Positions 17,151 to 28,222 of a DNA stretch of 64,000 nt are shown piece by piece. The notes below the pieces were generated by a model, which was given only the letters and a program-made list of their open reading frames with translations, searched no databases and was not told the DNA's origin. The translations under genes and the position numbers were made by a program. Location of the stretch: the NCBI GenBank assembly GCA_964016885.1, contig OZ024741.1:218612001-218676000 (forward strand). Reading direction: 5' to 3'. Each line of letters starts with the position of its first letter. Within the stretch, counting starts at the first letter, position 1. The stretch is from Eledone cirrhosa. Lineage: Eukaryota.

Positions 17151-17932
17151 CAAAAGGGATATTCAATTTGTTGGTAATTCAACAAATATATATATTTATA
17201 ACTGATTCAGAGCACTCAACAGATTTTCTGGAGTATAATATTCAATGATATTAAATAAATGGAAACTATATTTATAAAACCATATTTATTCTATTATATA
17301 TATTTCAAGGGTACCAAAACTTTGGTATGCTCTCATCAGATAAAATACAAAGTTTGTTTTATAAATATTGACATAACCAAGAAAACATACCTTAACGGTT
17401 CAAGTTGAACCAGGAAAACTTTTTTCTTGGTTACGTCAATATTTATAAAACAAACTTTGAATTTTATCTGATGAGAGTGTACTAAAGTTTTAGTACCGTC
17501 GAAATATATATAATAGAATAAATATCATCATCATCATCATCATCACCGTTTTACGTCCGTTCTTCCACGCTAGCATGGGTTAGACGGGTTGTCCTGTTGT
17601 GTGCAGTGTCTGGTCGGCTGACCACGCCTTGCTCATACAGGAACTGATCTGGCTTGATTTCTACAGCTGGATGCCCTTCCTAACACCAACCTCATTTACA
17701 GTGAGTGCTGGGTGCTTTTTCGTGGCGCCTACACGTCCACTTTACAGTGTGGGCTGGGTGCTTTTTTGCCGTGGCACCTCCACGACCACCTTGCGGTGGG
17801 GTGTGTGGGGGCATATTGTTTATATGCTTCAGCATGTACCCATGGGAGGTCGGGTACTCTGTATTACTGCGTGACGCCAGAAGTCACGGTCGTGATAAAT
17901 ATAGTTTCTATTTATTTAATATCATTGAGTAT
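17149..17932. mobile_element. Penelope-like fold-back element with a hammerhead in each arm; right arm interrupted by an RTE-tail insertion
   Basis: Arms about 17240-17381 and 17424-17525 plus 17895-17932. The + hammerhead spans 17461-17519 (ATTTTAT-CTGATGA..GAAA-TATATA-TA-ATAGAAT), with its mirror core at 17333-17339. Tail motif AGCACTCAA at 17211. Same family as 42265-42801. Confidence 0.75.
17526..17800 (-). mobile_element. RTE 3'UTR/tail-derived short element
   Basis: (CAT)n tail at 17526 followed by the reverse complement of GGTTGGTGTTAGGAAGGGCATCCAGCTGTAGAAA, which is also in the 3'UTR of the RTE at 21820-22329. Further copies at about 1310-1410, 18124-18290 (-) and 18365-18606 (+). 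Confidence 0.75.
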
Positions 17933-17944
17933 ATATATATATAT

Positions 17945-18345
17945 ATATATAATATTATTCGCAATATTAACAAATGAAAAATATTCGCATAATCAAAATA
18001 TATACTTTATTATATATATTTCAAAAGTACTGTGTTGTTTTTATTTCAGTACGTCCTTATCAGACAATCATATATTTTGGCTGATGAGGACGTACTGAAA
18101 AAACAACACAGTACCTTTGAAATCATCATCATCATCATCATTTTACGTCCGCTTTTCCCTGCTTGCAAGGGTGGGACGGGAACTGATTCTGGCTTGATTT
18201 CTACAGCTGGATGCCCTTCCTAACACCAACCTCATTTACAGTGAGTGCTGGGTGCTTTTTTGCCATGGCACCTCCACGACCACTTTGCAGTATATATTTT
18301 GATTATGTGAATATTTTTCATTTGTTAACATTTCGAATAATATTA
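17945..18345. mobile_element. Fold-back element with CTGATGA..GAAA core; right arm interrupted by an RTE-tail insertion (18124-18290)
   Basis: Arms about 17950-18068 and 18076-18123 plus 18289-18345. CTGATGA-GGACGTACT-GAAA at about 18081-18100; stems I and III are not convincing. Confidence 0.55.
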
Positions 18346-18638
18346 AAAACTCCATAAAACAAAAAAATCACCCAGCCCACACTGTAAAGTGGACGTGTAG
18401 GTACCACGGAAAAAAAAGCACCCAGCACTCACTGTAAATGCGGTTGGTGTTAGGAAGGGCATCCAGCTGTAGAAATTAAGCCAGAATCAGTTCCCGTTTG
18501 AGCAAGACAAGGTCAGCCGACCAGACACTGCCCACAACAGGACAACCCGTCTAAACCATGCTAGCGTGGAAGAACAGACATAAAACGGTGATGATGATGA
18601 TGATGATATATATATATATATATGTATATATATACACA

Positions 18639-19122
18639 CACCTCTCTAAGACAATGTCACTGGACCGAGAACTTTGGCACCATGCAGCAATACAGAAGAC
18701 CCGCCTTGCCTATGTACAATGCGAAAACTACAGTCAGTAGGCACCTCTTAACCAAATATACACTCCAACCCACCCCTACTCCATCCTCTCACTCCCACCA
18801 ACAGCACCCTTTCTCTGTAAAGTTATGTTGGTGCCACAACATCCAGTCTAAAATAATGAATTCGTGTAGGTGTCACGACAAAAAAATACACAGTCCACGC
18901 TGTAATGTGGCCGTGTAGGTAACACGGTAAAAACCTCCCAGACCACACTGTAAATGTGGTTGGTGTTAGGAAGGGCATCCAGCTGTAGAAAACCTGCTAG
19001 ACAGTCCTATACGAGCGATACACGGTCACCCAACCAATCTTGCCTCAAGTGGGACAATTCCCATCTAATCCATGCTAGCGTAGAAGATAGACGTTAAATG
19101 ATGATGATGATGATGATGATGA

Positions 19123-19126
<4 letters not shown>
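18639..19126 (+). mobile_element. 5'-truncated RTE LINE 3' end (ORF end, 3'UTR and (GAT)n tail)
   Basis: Encodes HLSKTMSLDRELW..KTRL, like the end of the 19369-21819 ORF. Same 3'UTR and tail; flanked by (TA)n. Confidence 0.85.
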
Positions 19127-19166
<40 letters not shown>

Positions 19167-19268
19167 TGAATATAAAAGAAAAACGGACACAGATATATAC
19201 ATATATGTGTTCAAATTATTGTAAGAGACTATCTGATATATATATTTCTAACTCAATATATACCTTTG

Positions 19269-19355
<87 letters not shown>

Positions 19356-19356
<1 letters not shown>

Positions 19357-22329
19357 CGAGACAATCACTTGATCACCTATAGATCGGGGGAACACACAAG
19401 CCAGGTAGATTATATCCTTACCAGAAGACGTGACAGAGTGTCTGTTGTTAACACTAAATCCCACCCCCATGAAGAATTCACCTCCCAACATAGACTGATA
19501 ATTAGCGACCTCATAGTCAGGACGAGACGTACTAGACAGCGGAAGAGGACTATCCTCAGGAGAAAAATATGGAAGCTAAAGGACCCCACAGCCAGAAATA
19601 AATTCCAAAGCATATTACTTGACGCTTTCGACAGTAAGGAAGAGCAATTAGAGTCGTATAATATAGAGGAACAGTGGGAATTCCTGAGAGCAAACCTGCT
19701 GACGGCGGCAGACGAAGTCTGTGGCTGGAGCAGGCCTGTAGGTAGGAGGAGAGTAACATGGTGGTGGAACAGTAAGGTGGAGGAGTCAATTAAGGCCAAA
19801 AAGCAGGCTTGGAAAGTATGGCGGGATGGGGGAAGTAGAGAAGACTATCAAGTGGCCAAGAGGGAAGCTAGGAGACAAGTGTACTTCGCAAGAAGGGAAG
19901 CAGAGGAAAGAAAGTTCAAGCATGTTCTACAACGTGAGGACCAAAAACGTGAGGTGTTCAGGATTGCCAGGCAATGTGTCAAGGAAAACCGTGATATTGT
20001 CGGGGAGAAGTGTGTACTTAACGATGATGGCATACTTGCCATCACCGACGCTGATAAGAAGGTAGCTTGGAAGTGTCACTACGAAAGGCTTCTAAATGAG
20101 GAGAACAAATGGGAGAAAGACAGTCTCCCCCAGATCGATCCAATAGAGGGACCAGCAGTGTTAGTTGAAGGTAGTATAATAAGTAAGGCAATCAAAGATA
20201 TGAAGACGGGTAAGGCGGCTGGGCCTTCGGAAATAGTTGCTGAGATGCTGAAGGCATCTGGTTCGGTGGGACACACCATGGTCACCCGGATAGTTAACCA
20301 AGTCGTACAGAATGGGGTTGTTCCGAAGGAATGGCGTAGCAGCATCATCGTTAACTGCTATAAGGGAAAAGGAGATGCCCTAGATAGGAGTAACTATAGA
20401 GGCATTAAATTAATCGACCAGGTCATGAAGGTCACCGAAAAAGTAATAGCGCAACTAATCAGAGAGAGAATTGATCTAGATGAAATGCAGTTCGGGTTTG
20501 TGTCAGGCAAAAGTACCACAGACGCTCTTTTCATTGTACAACAACTACAGGAGAAGTACCTAGCTAAAAGTAAACCCCTATACTTAGCTTTCGTCGACTT
20601 GGAGAAAGCCTTCGACAGAGTCCCCCGTTCCATTATCTGGTGGTCTCTTAGAAAACTAGGTGTTGACGAATGGCTTGTGAGAGCTATACAAGCCATGTAT
20701 AAAGAAACAGTCAGTAAGGTTAGAATTAACAACGAATATAGTGAAGAGTTTAGCGTAAAAGTTGGTGTCCATCAGGGCTCTGTTCTTAGCCCCCTACTAT
20801 TTATTATTGCCCTTCAGGCTATAACAGAGGAGTTCAAGACCGGCTGCCCATGGGAACTCCTATACGCAGATGATCTAACGCTCATAGCTGAATCAATGAC
20901 CGAACTAGAGAAGAAATTCCAAACGTGGAAGCACGGCCTAGAATCAAAAGGCCTTAAAATTAACCTGGCTAAGACTAAAGTTCTAGTTTGTAGGAAAGAA
21001 AATAAGGCGGCGGTCCCATCGGGGAAATGGCCATGCTCAGTGTGTAGGAAAGGCGTAGGTAGAAACTCCATTTTATGTCCCAAATGCAAAGTATGGGTGC
21101 ATAAAAGATGTAGTGGGATCACAGGTAAGCTAACTAAGAACATAGATTTTACATGTGGCCGGTGCTCTGGTGCAATAAGTAGCAGAAAGTGCCCACAAAA
21201 TACTAGCTCCTTCAACTGCGCAGAGGGTTCTATAGAAATAGTGGACAGCTTCCGTTATCTGGGTGACAAAATCAGCAGTGGGGGAGGGTGCTCTGAAAGT
21301 ACAGTAGCTAGAGTCAGAACTGGATGGAAAAAGTTCAGAGAGCTTATACCACTATTAGCCGCTAGAGGGTTCTCCCTAAAAATGAAAGGCAGGTTATACG
21401 ATGCCTGCATACGAACAGCAATGCTGCATGGCAGTGAGACCTGGGCATTGTGTGCAGAGGATATACGCAGACTAGAGAGGAACGAAGCTTGCATGCTCCG
21501 CTGGATGTGCAATAGTAATATACGTGAACGGCAAAGCATAAACGAACTAAGGAAAAAATTAGAAATAAGAGGGATCAGATGTTGTTTACTCGAGAGAAGG
21601 CTACGTTGGTACGGTCACGTGATGCGCATGAAAGACGACAGCTGTATAACAAAGTGCAGGGCAATAAAGATAGACGGTAGCCACGGAGTAGGCAGACCCA
21701 GAAAAACATGGGACGAGCTGATAAATTCCGACCTCACACGCTTACACCTCTCCAAGACAATGTCACTGGACCGAGACCTTTGGCGGTACTCAGTAATAGA
21801 GAAGACCCGCCTTACCTAAATACAAAGTAAAAACCTACTACAGTCAGTAGGCATCTCTATCAAAACACACCCCCGTCCCACCACCCTCCACCCCACCCAC
21901 ACCGCCCCTTTCAATGTAAAGTTATGTTGGTCCCACAACATCCAGGCCGAAACAAATGAGATCGTGTAGGTGTCACGACAAAAAACACACAGTCCACGCT
22001 GTAAATGTGGCCGTGTAGGCAACACGGTAAAAACCTCCCAGCCCCACACTGTAAATGTGGTTGGTGTTAGGAAGGGCATCCAGCTGTAGAAAACCCGCCA
22101 GACAGTCCACGCTGTAATGTGGCCGTGTAGGCAACACGGTAAAAACCTCCCAGCCCCACACTGTAAATGTGGTTGGTGTTAGGAAGGGCATCCAACTGTA
22201 GAAAACCCGCCAGACAGTCCTATGCGAGCAAGACAACCACTCTTGCCTCAAGTGGGAAAACCCCCGTCCAAACCCATGCAAGCGTGGAACACGGACGCTA
22301 AACCTGATGATGATGATGATGATGATGAT
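19356..22329 (+). mobile_element. 5'-truncated RTE-clade non-LTR retrotransposon inserted in (TA)n within the G-alpha intron
   Basis: Open frame to 21819, a 3'UTR with an internal duplication of about 116 bp, a (GAT)n tail to about 22329, and (TA)n on both sides. Confidence 0.95.
19369..21819 (+). CDS. RTE ORF: APE endonuclease C-terminal remnant, reverse transcriptase and PHD-like Cys/His finger (5'-incomplete, not a real start)
   Basis: ITYRSG..SQVDYIL (end of APE), NYRGIKL, QFGF, AFVDLEKAFDRVPR, GVHQGSVLSPLLF, LYADD, CSVC..CPKC..HKRC..CGRC, FRYLG, HGSETW, RRLRWYGHVMRM, GRPRKTW. No stops over 816 codons. Confidence 0.95.
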   Translation: MITYRSGEHTSQVDYILTRRRDRVSVVNTKSHPHEEFTSQHRLIISDLIVRTRRTRQRKRTILRRKIWKLKDPTARNKFQSILLDAFDSKEEQLESYNIEEQWEFLRANLLTAADEVCGWSRPVGRRRVTWWWNSKVEESIKAKKQAWKVWRDGGSREDYQVAKREARRQVYFARREAEERKFKHVLQREDQKREVFRIARQCVKENRDIVGEKCVLNDDGILAITDADKKVAWKCHYERLLNEENKWEKDSLPQIDPIEGPAVLVEGSIISKAIKDMKTGKAAGPSEIVAEMLKASGSVGHTMVTRIVNQVVQNGVVPKEWRSSIIVNCYKGKGDALDRSNYRGIKLIDQVMKVTEKVIAQLIRERIDLDEMQFGFVSGKSTTDALFIVQQLQEKYLAKSKPLYLAFVDLEKAFDRVPRSIIWWSLRKLGVDEWLVRAIQAMYKETVSKVRINNEYSEEFSVKVGVHQGSVLSPLLFIIALQAITEEFKTGCPWELLYADDLTLIAESMTELEKKFQTWKHGLESKGLKINLAKTKVLVCRKENKAAVPSGKWPCSVCRKGVGRNSILCPKCKVWVHKRCSGITGKLTKNIDFTCGRCSGAISSRKCPQNTSSFNCAEGSIEIVDSFRYLGDKISSGGGCSESTVARVRTGWKKFRELIPLLAARGFSLKMKGRLYDACIRTAMLHGSETWALCAEDIRRLERNEACMLRWMCNSNIRERQSINELRKKLEIRGIRCCLLERRLRWYGHVMRMKDDSCITKCRAIKIDGSHGVGRPRKTWDELINSDLTRLHLSKTMSLDRDLWRYSVIEKTRLT

Positions 22330-22567
22330 ATATATATATATATATATATGTCCTTCATGATACCAATCTCCTTACAGGAGTACTACTGGGTACGTTGATG
22401 TCCTGTATTAAGCACCGAAACATCTATGATCTCGGTTTAAAGCTGATGAAGGATTTCTTCTCTTGTTTCATCCATATTACCATCTTAAACTTTGTCTACT
22501 GTAACCGCACAGCTCATTTCGTTTCTTATATAATTTTATATATATATATTTTTTAGTTATATATATA

Positions 22568-22868
22568 TGTAAAGTTATGTTGGTGCCACAACATCCAGGC
22601 CGAAACAAATGAGGTCGTGTAGGTGTCACGACAAAAAAAACACACAGTCCACGCTGTAATGTGGCCGTGTAGGTAATACGGTAAAAACCTCCCAGCCCCA
22701 CATTGTAAATGTGGTTGGTGTTAGGAAGGGCATCCAGCTGTAGAAAACCCGCCAGACAGTCCTATGCGAGCAAGACAACCACTCTTGCCTCAAGTGGGAA
22801 AACTCCCGTCCAAACCCATGCAAGCGTGGAATATGGATGTTAAACGATGATGATGATGATGATGATGA
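22568..22868 (+). mobile_element. RTE 3'UTR fragment with (GAT)n tail
   Basis: Nearly identical to about 21915-22329 but without the internal duplication. Confidence 0.85.
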
Positions 22869-22869
22869 T

Positions 22870-23335
22870 ATCTAGGGTGGGCAAAATTCCTGAGATTCAT
22901 GAACAAGTTCTCTCCAGCGGTCTCTGTCCCTCATTATCCCTGCCATGTCCTGCGTCTCCAAGAGACCAGTGTCTGTCCTTAGGGCATCAACATATGTTAA
23001 CCTCGGTCTTTCTCTTCCAGTGTGTCCATGCAGGGGCTTCCACAGGAGCACTGAGTGCAGTGTCAACTCTGGATGTCGGTGAGCATGTCCAGCTAACCTC
23101 AGTTTTCTCTGTGTCACTTTCAAGCTGACTTTTGGGAGGCTCCCATACAGCTCTGAGTTCTTCATCCTCAGTGTATACTGATTAATGTTCAGAGCCATCC
23201 TCAGCATTCTCCTGTAGCACCCATCCACCATCTGAGTGAGTTTCTTGGTCAGTATCCAAGTCTCAGACCCATACAACAGGACAGACTCCACTACAGCAAT
23301 GAAGAGATGGACCTTCGTTGCTGTAGTGGAGTCTG
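22870..23335 (-). mobile_element. 3' fragment of a different RTE-like LINE family, tail-to-tail with the preceding element
   Basis: Encodes VESVLLYGSETW..RRMLRMALNI..RKLRLAGHAHRH..GRERPRLTYVD..DRDRWREL. Confidence 0.85.
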
Positions 23336-23814
23336 TGCTGTCTGTAGGTTTTGCATGCAGGGACATTTCATGGAGAAGGTCAAGATCCTAGAAAATATAA
23401 GTTTTTGATGCTGCCCACACGAATATACAAGTAAAAAAAAGGGTGAAAAAAACCCCAAAACAAATGCTAACTAATGCAGAAATGTCTGTGAGAATCTTAT
23501 GAAACAATCAGAGGACATGATAGACTGAAGAGACTCTTGGATTTTAACAGACTGTCAGAGATATTAAGAGTCTGTCAGACACGCCTTCAAGTGGGTCTTA
23601 TCTGAAGCAGCCGTCTCCACTGTCTCCAGTTAATCTGGTTGGTTCATTAAAGACTCTGTCAGATACACCTTCCAGCGGGTTCTATATGAAGCAAAGGTCT
23701 CCAGTTGATCTGGCTGGGCCACATAGCGAGACCAATCATCCAGATATTCAGAGACTCTGAGAGATTTTGAAAAACAATGAAGCAAAAGAAAATAACATCT
23801 AATCTAAATAATCA

Positions 23815-24790
23815 TATTTTATTAATGTTTCTGGTGACCCTATTTCGACCACTTGTATTCGCGATTGTGTCATTTCGATCATACGATTCACGACCATAGG
23901 TAAGGGTTGGCATGAATACCGAATTGAGGATAGCAAATTCGCCAGTTACACCTATCTCCCTTCTGACCGAAATGGGGTTCCCCCTAAGTATGTTTTGAGT
24001 AACGTTACTCGATAGACTGCGTAGCTCGGGGATCAGAGAGATGCTCCAAGTAGAGCCACTCATCGCCATCATCATCATTTTACGTCCGCTTTTCCCAGCT
24101 TGCAAGGGTGGGACGGATCCTATTCAGCACAGCATCTCTCTACTTGTCACAGTCCTTCGTCATCTCCTCCGTGAGCTTCAGCGATCTGAGGTCTGCTCTC
24201 ACCATATCCGCCCATATTTTTCGTGGTCTTCCTCTACTGCGTCTTCCTTCTACTGGGATTTCTTGGCACTTCTTTACCCAGCGGTCATCCTCCATGCACA
24301 TCACATGTCCATACCATCTCAGCCTTCTCTCCCGCACACCACAACTTATCCCTCTTATACACAGTTTCTCTCTCAACTCATCCATGCTTGGTTGTTCACG
24401 CACATTTACATTGCACATCCAACGGAGCATGCTTGCTTTATTTCTCTCCAGCCGTCGCATATCCTCTGCAGTTGCTGCCCATGTCTCATTAACATGCAGC
24501 ATCGAATTGAAAGATCACCGCTCTGCCGATACTTCAGACATCTGGTTAGTATGTCTAAGGAAAGAATTGCTAGGCAACTTTCACGGGCAAAACCAACCGA
24601 CAGGAAAACCAAGGGTAGACCCCAAGCAAAATGTTTGGATAACGTCCATGAGCTCTTCTGGTCTCGCTTGGAAATCAACTGGTTTAACTGGGCCCGGCGA
24701 GAGACGGTTGTTTCTTAAGGACTCACAGGAAGGTGTGCTTGAGGACTCTGTCCCCATGACCCTCCCACAAATAAGTGGGCAAAGAAAAGG
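23815..24790. mobile_element. Old RTE-like LINE 3' end with an inverted 5' segment, split by a younger RTE
   Basis: The - segment (about 23815-23980) encodes FAILNSVFMPTLTYGRES. The + segment from about 23997 encodes VTLLDRLRSSGIREMLQVEPL and resumes after 24504 with IERSPL..KGRPQAK. Confidence 0.65.
24061..24504 (-). mobile_element. 5'-truncated RTE 3' end
   Basis: Encodes ETWAATAEDMRRLERN..RRLRWYGHVM..GRPRKIW, with a (CAT)n tail at 24061-24077. Confidence 0.9.
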
Positions 24791-24855
24791 ATGTCTTATT
24801 TATGTATTTATGTATTTCTATATTTATTTATTATTTATCTGTGTTTGCATTTCAG

Positions 24856-25040
24856 AGGACAACACCCCTGAGCAGTGTCAGGAGTATATCCGGGAGCAGT
24901 TTTTAGAAAAGACACCAAACAAGGAGAACATCTACACACATATAACCTGTGCTGTGGACGAGATAAAAATGAGGGAAGTTCTGGATAACTTGCTCGAAAT
25001 GATAGTTGAATTCAACACCCGAAAGTGTGGCACTTTCTAG
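24856..25040 (+). CDS. G-protein alpha subunit, final coding exon
   Basis: Acceptor tttgcatttcag|; the phase-1 join with 17023 gives EDNTPEQCQEYIREQFLEKTPNKENIYTHITCAVDEIKMREVLDNLLEMIVEFNTRKCGTF*. It contains the YTHxTCAxD G5 box and a C-terminal CGxF. Confidence 0.93.
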
Positions 25041-25084
25041 GATTTCACGACTGTAGTTATCCTCTGGCTCACACATAACCATTC

Positions 25085-26548
25085 TCTCCACCACCACCAC
25101 CACTACAACCATTACTACGATTACCACTATTACTACTACCACTAGTACCACCATCACCACCACCATTACTACTACTATTACTACTATTACCACCATTACT
25201 ACTACCACAACTACCACTACTACTACCACTAGTACCACCACCACCACCACCATTACTACTACTATTACTACTACCACAACTACCACTACCACTAATACCA
25301 CCTCCACCACCAGCACTACTACAGTTACCACTAATGCTACTACTACTATTACCACTACCACAACTAGCACTATTACCACCGCTACTATCAGCACTACTAC
25401 AGTTACCACTATTACTACTACTACCATTACCACTACTACAATCACCACCACTACTACAGCTACCACTATTACTATTACAACTACTACTACCACTACCACC
25501 ACCACTACTACCATCACCACCACTACTACAACTACCACTATTACTACTACCACCATTACTATTACTACCACCACCAGTACTACCATCACCACCACTACTA
25601 AAACTACCACTATTACTACTACAACTACTACTTCCACTACCACCACCAGTACTACCATCACCACCACTACTACAACTACCACTATTACTACTACAACTAC
25701 TACTTCCACTACCACCACCAGTACTACCATCACCACCACTACTACAACTACCACTTATTATTACCACCACCACCACCACCACCCCACTACTACAACTACC
25801 ACCACCTCCACTATAACTACCACTATTATTACACCACTATTACCCCCACTACTACAACTAGTACTAATATAACTACCACTACTATTACGTTTACTATCCC
25901 CACCAACAACACGACCACCACTACCACTACCACTACCCCCACTACCACCACCAGCACCACCTCTACTCCCATCTCTATTACTGCTACTACTACTACCACC
26001 ACCATCACCACGACTATCACAATCAACACAACCATCGCCGACACCACTACCATTAACACCACCATCACTACTACCACCACTACCACAACCACCAACTCAA
26101 CCAGACCACCACCAACACAATCACTATCACTACAACCACCACCATTACCACCACCACAACCACACCACCACCACCACTACCACCACCATCACTACTACCA
26201 CCAGAACAATCGATAACCAATACCACTACCACCATCACCACCACCACTACCACTACTACCACCACCACTACCACTACTACCACTACTAGCACCACTACCA
26301 CTACCACCATTACCACCACTACCACCACCACTACCAGCACCGCCACCACCACTACCACCTCCCCGCCGCCACCACTACCACTACTACTAACACTACCACC
26401 ACCACCACCACCACTACCACTACTATTACCCCACTACTACCACTACCACTACTATTACCCCACCCTACCACCACCACTACTACCACTACCACTACCACCA
26501 CCGCCAACACCACCACTACCACCGCTACCACCACCACTACTACTACCA
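25085..26548. repeat. (ACT/ACC)n low-complexity tract directly after the G-alpha stop codon
   Basis: Mixed trinucleotide repeats that produce poly-V, poly-S/G and poly-L/P pseudo-ORFs. Confidence 0.9.
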
Positions 26549-26582
26549 GAACAATCCATATCCAAGCTACTGTCATTTTATC

Positions 26583-26588
26583 AATAAA
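26583..26588 (+). promoter_or_regulatory. Candidate polyadenylation signal of the G-alpha gene
   Basis: First AATAAA I could find downstream of the stop, followed by a GT-rich stretch (TGTTGCTTATTGTGT). Confidence 0.4.
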
Positions 26589-26806
26589 CTCCAGCTTCTG
26601 TTGCTTATTGTGTCAATAGATTTATTGGTGTGTGTGTGTATGTGTGGTTGTGTGTGTATTTGTGTGTGTGTATTTGTGTGTGTGTGGTTGTTTCTGGTTG
26701 GTTGTGTGTGTTTGCTCTGTGGTTATGTGTGTGTATGCATGTGTGTGCATGTGTGTTGTCTAATATTATTGCTTTGTTGGCATTTGATAGCTTTCATTGT
26801 TCATTG

Positions 26807-26876
<70 letters not shown>

Positions 26877-26980
26877 CTATATATATATATGTTTCTGTGT
26901 CTTCGTCTATATATATATATATATATAAATATATTCACACACATACATATATATGTGTGTGTATGTATATATATATATAT

Positions 26981-27270
26981 GTAGAAGGTGAGTAATATTG
27001 TAGAACAATAAAACTATGCATATATCAGATAAGTAGCACTCAACAGTTGGTAGAACTGGAGTATATATAATAAAGAGGAATTAAAAGATGGTTAAAAGAG
27101 TTCCATATATTTTATTATGTGCATTTCGAATACAAAATCATCCTGGGACAAAAATTATTATTTTATCTGATGAGAACACAATTTTTGCCCCAGGATGATT
27201 TTGTATTTGAAATGCGCATAATAAAATATATGGAACTCTTTTAACCATCTTTTAATTCCTCTTTATTATA
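26981..27270. mobile_element. Penelope-like fold-back with a complete hammerhead
   Basis: Arms about 27063-27155 and 27181-27270. Hammerhead 27159-27228: TATTTTAT-CTGATGA-GAACACAA..TTGTATTT-GAAA-TGCGCA-TA-ATAAAATA. Tail motif AGCACTCAA at 27035. (TA)n on both sides. Confidence 0.8.
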
Positions 27271-27290
27271 TATATATATATATATATATA

Positions 27291-27504
27291 TAGAAGTGGT
27301 TACACAACAGTTAGTTCACCATACCGAGAACAATTGTTTCACCTTAGCGGATCCTCAGCTCGTAATTGAGCTGAGGATCCGCTAAGGTGAAACAATTGTT
27401 CTCGGTATGGTGAACTAACTGTTGTGTAACCACTTCTACCTAACTCGTCCCATGGACTGATTGCTCTACCACTACGGATATTACCTTCCAATGTTCTACC
27501 ATAC

Positions 27505-27508
<4 letters not shown>
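27291..27508. mobile_element. Penelope-like fold-back with minimal hammerheads
   Basis: Perfect inverted repeat of about 71 bp (27291-27361 / 27368-27438). GAG-CTGAGGA-TCCGCTAAGGT-GAAAC-AATT-GT-T-CTC at 27368-27403. Unpaired tail 27439-27508; (TA)n flanks. Confidence 0.75.
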
Positions 27509-27593
<85 letters not shown>

Positions 27594-27740
27594 TACTTAT
27601 GCTGACTAAACGAGGTTACATATGCAACGCACCAATCAGTAAATAATGATGTAATTCAATTCAAGCATTCAACGTCATGGATTTTCTTTCAAACACGATT
27701 TGTCAGTCAGTGACGGAATATATGTAGACTAAGGAAAATA

Positions 27741-28222
27741 CGAAGGTCGGTGTAGATGTTAAACAGTCCTTGATTAATAAAGCTGTGATACATATTTTAA
27801 TGACAATCATGGCCACGTGATTGCTCAGTCATGTAACCGGTGATGTGATGTCATCAGACAGCATCGTTATGTAATGAGGTTACATTTCATTATTACATAC
27901 AAGGGCGGTGGATTGGCAGTATCGGTAGAGAGTCGGACGCCATGCTTTCCAGCATAGTTACGTCCCTTTACGATCTGAGTTCAAATCCCGCCGAGGTTGA
28001 CTTTGCCTTTCATCCTTACGGGGTCGATAAAATAAAGTACCAGTAATGCACTGGGTAATTGATGGCCTTGTGCCTAAAGTAGAAACAATTATTACATAAT
28101 GATGCTGTCTGACAAGATCACATGACCAGTTACATGGTTGAATAATCACGTGATCACGATTGTCATTGAAATATGTATCACAGCTTTGTCAATAAAGGAC
28201 TCTTTAACATCTACAACGAACT
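27741..28222. repeat. Old diverged inverted repeat with a SINE (27903-28092, +) inserted near its centre
   Basis: 27747-27875 is the imperfect reverse complement of 28091-28217. Confidence 0.6.

Noticed and set aside
24108-25040. 310-aa ORF as a single gene
   Set aside because: Chance read-through of antisense RTE and intron sequence into the true G-alpha exon, which starts at the 24856 acceptor. The same applies to ORF 16735-17205.
24903-26576. Poly-Val, Ser/Gly and Leu/Pro ORFs
   Set aside because: Translations of the trinucleotide low-complexity tract.
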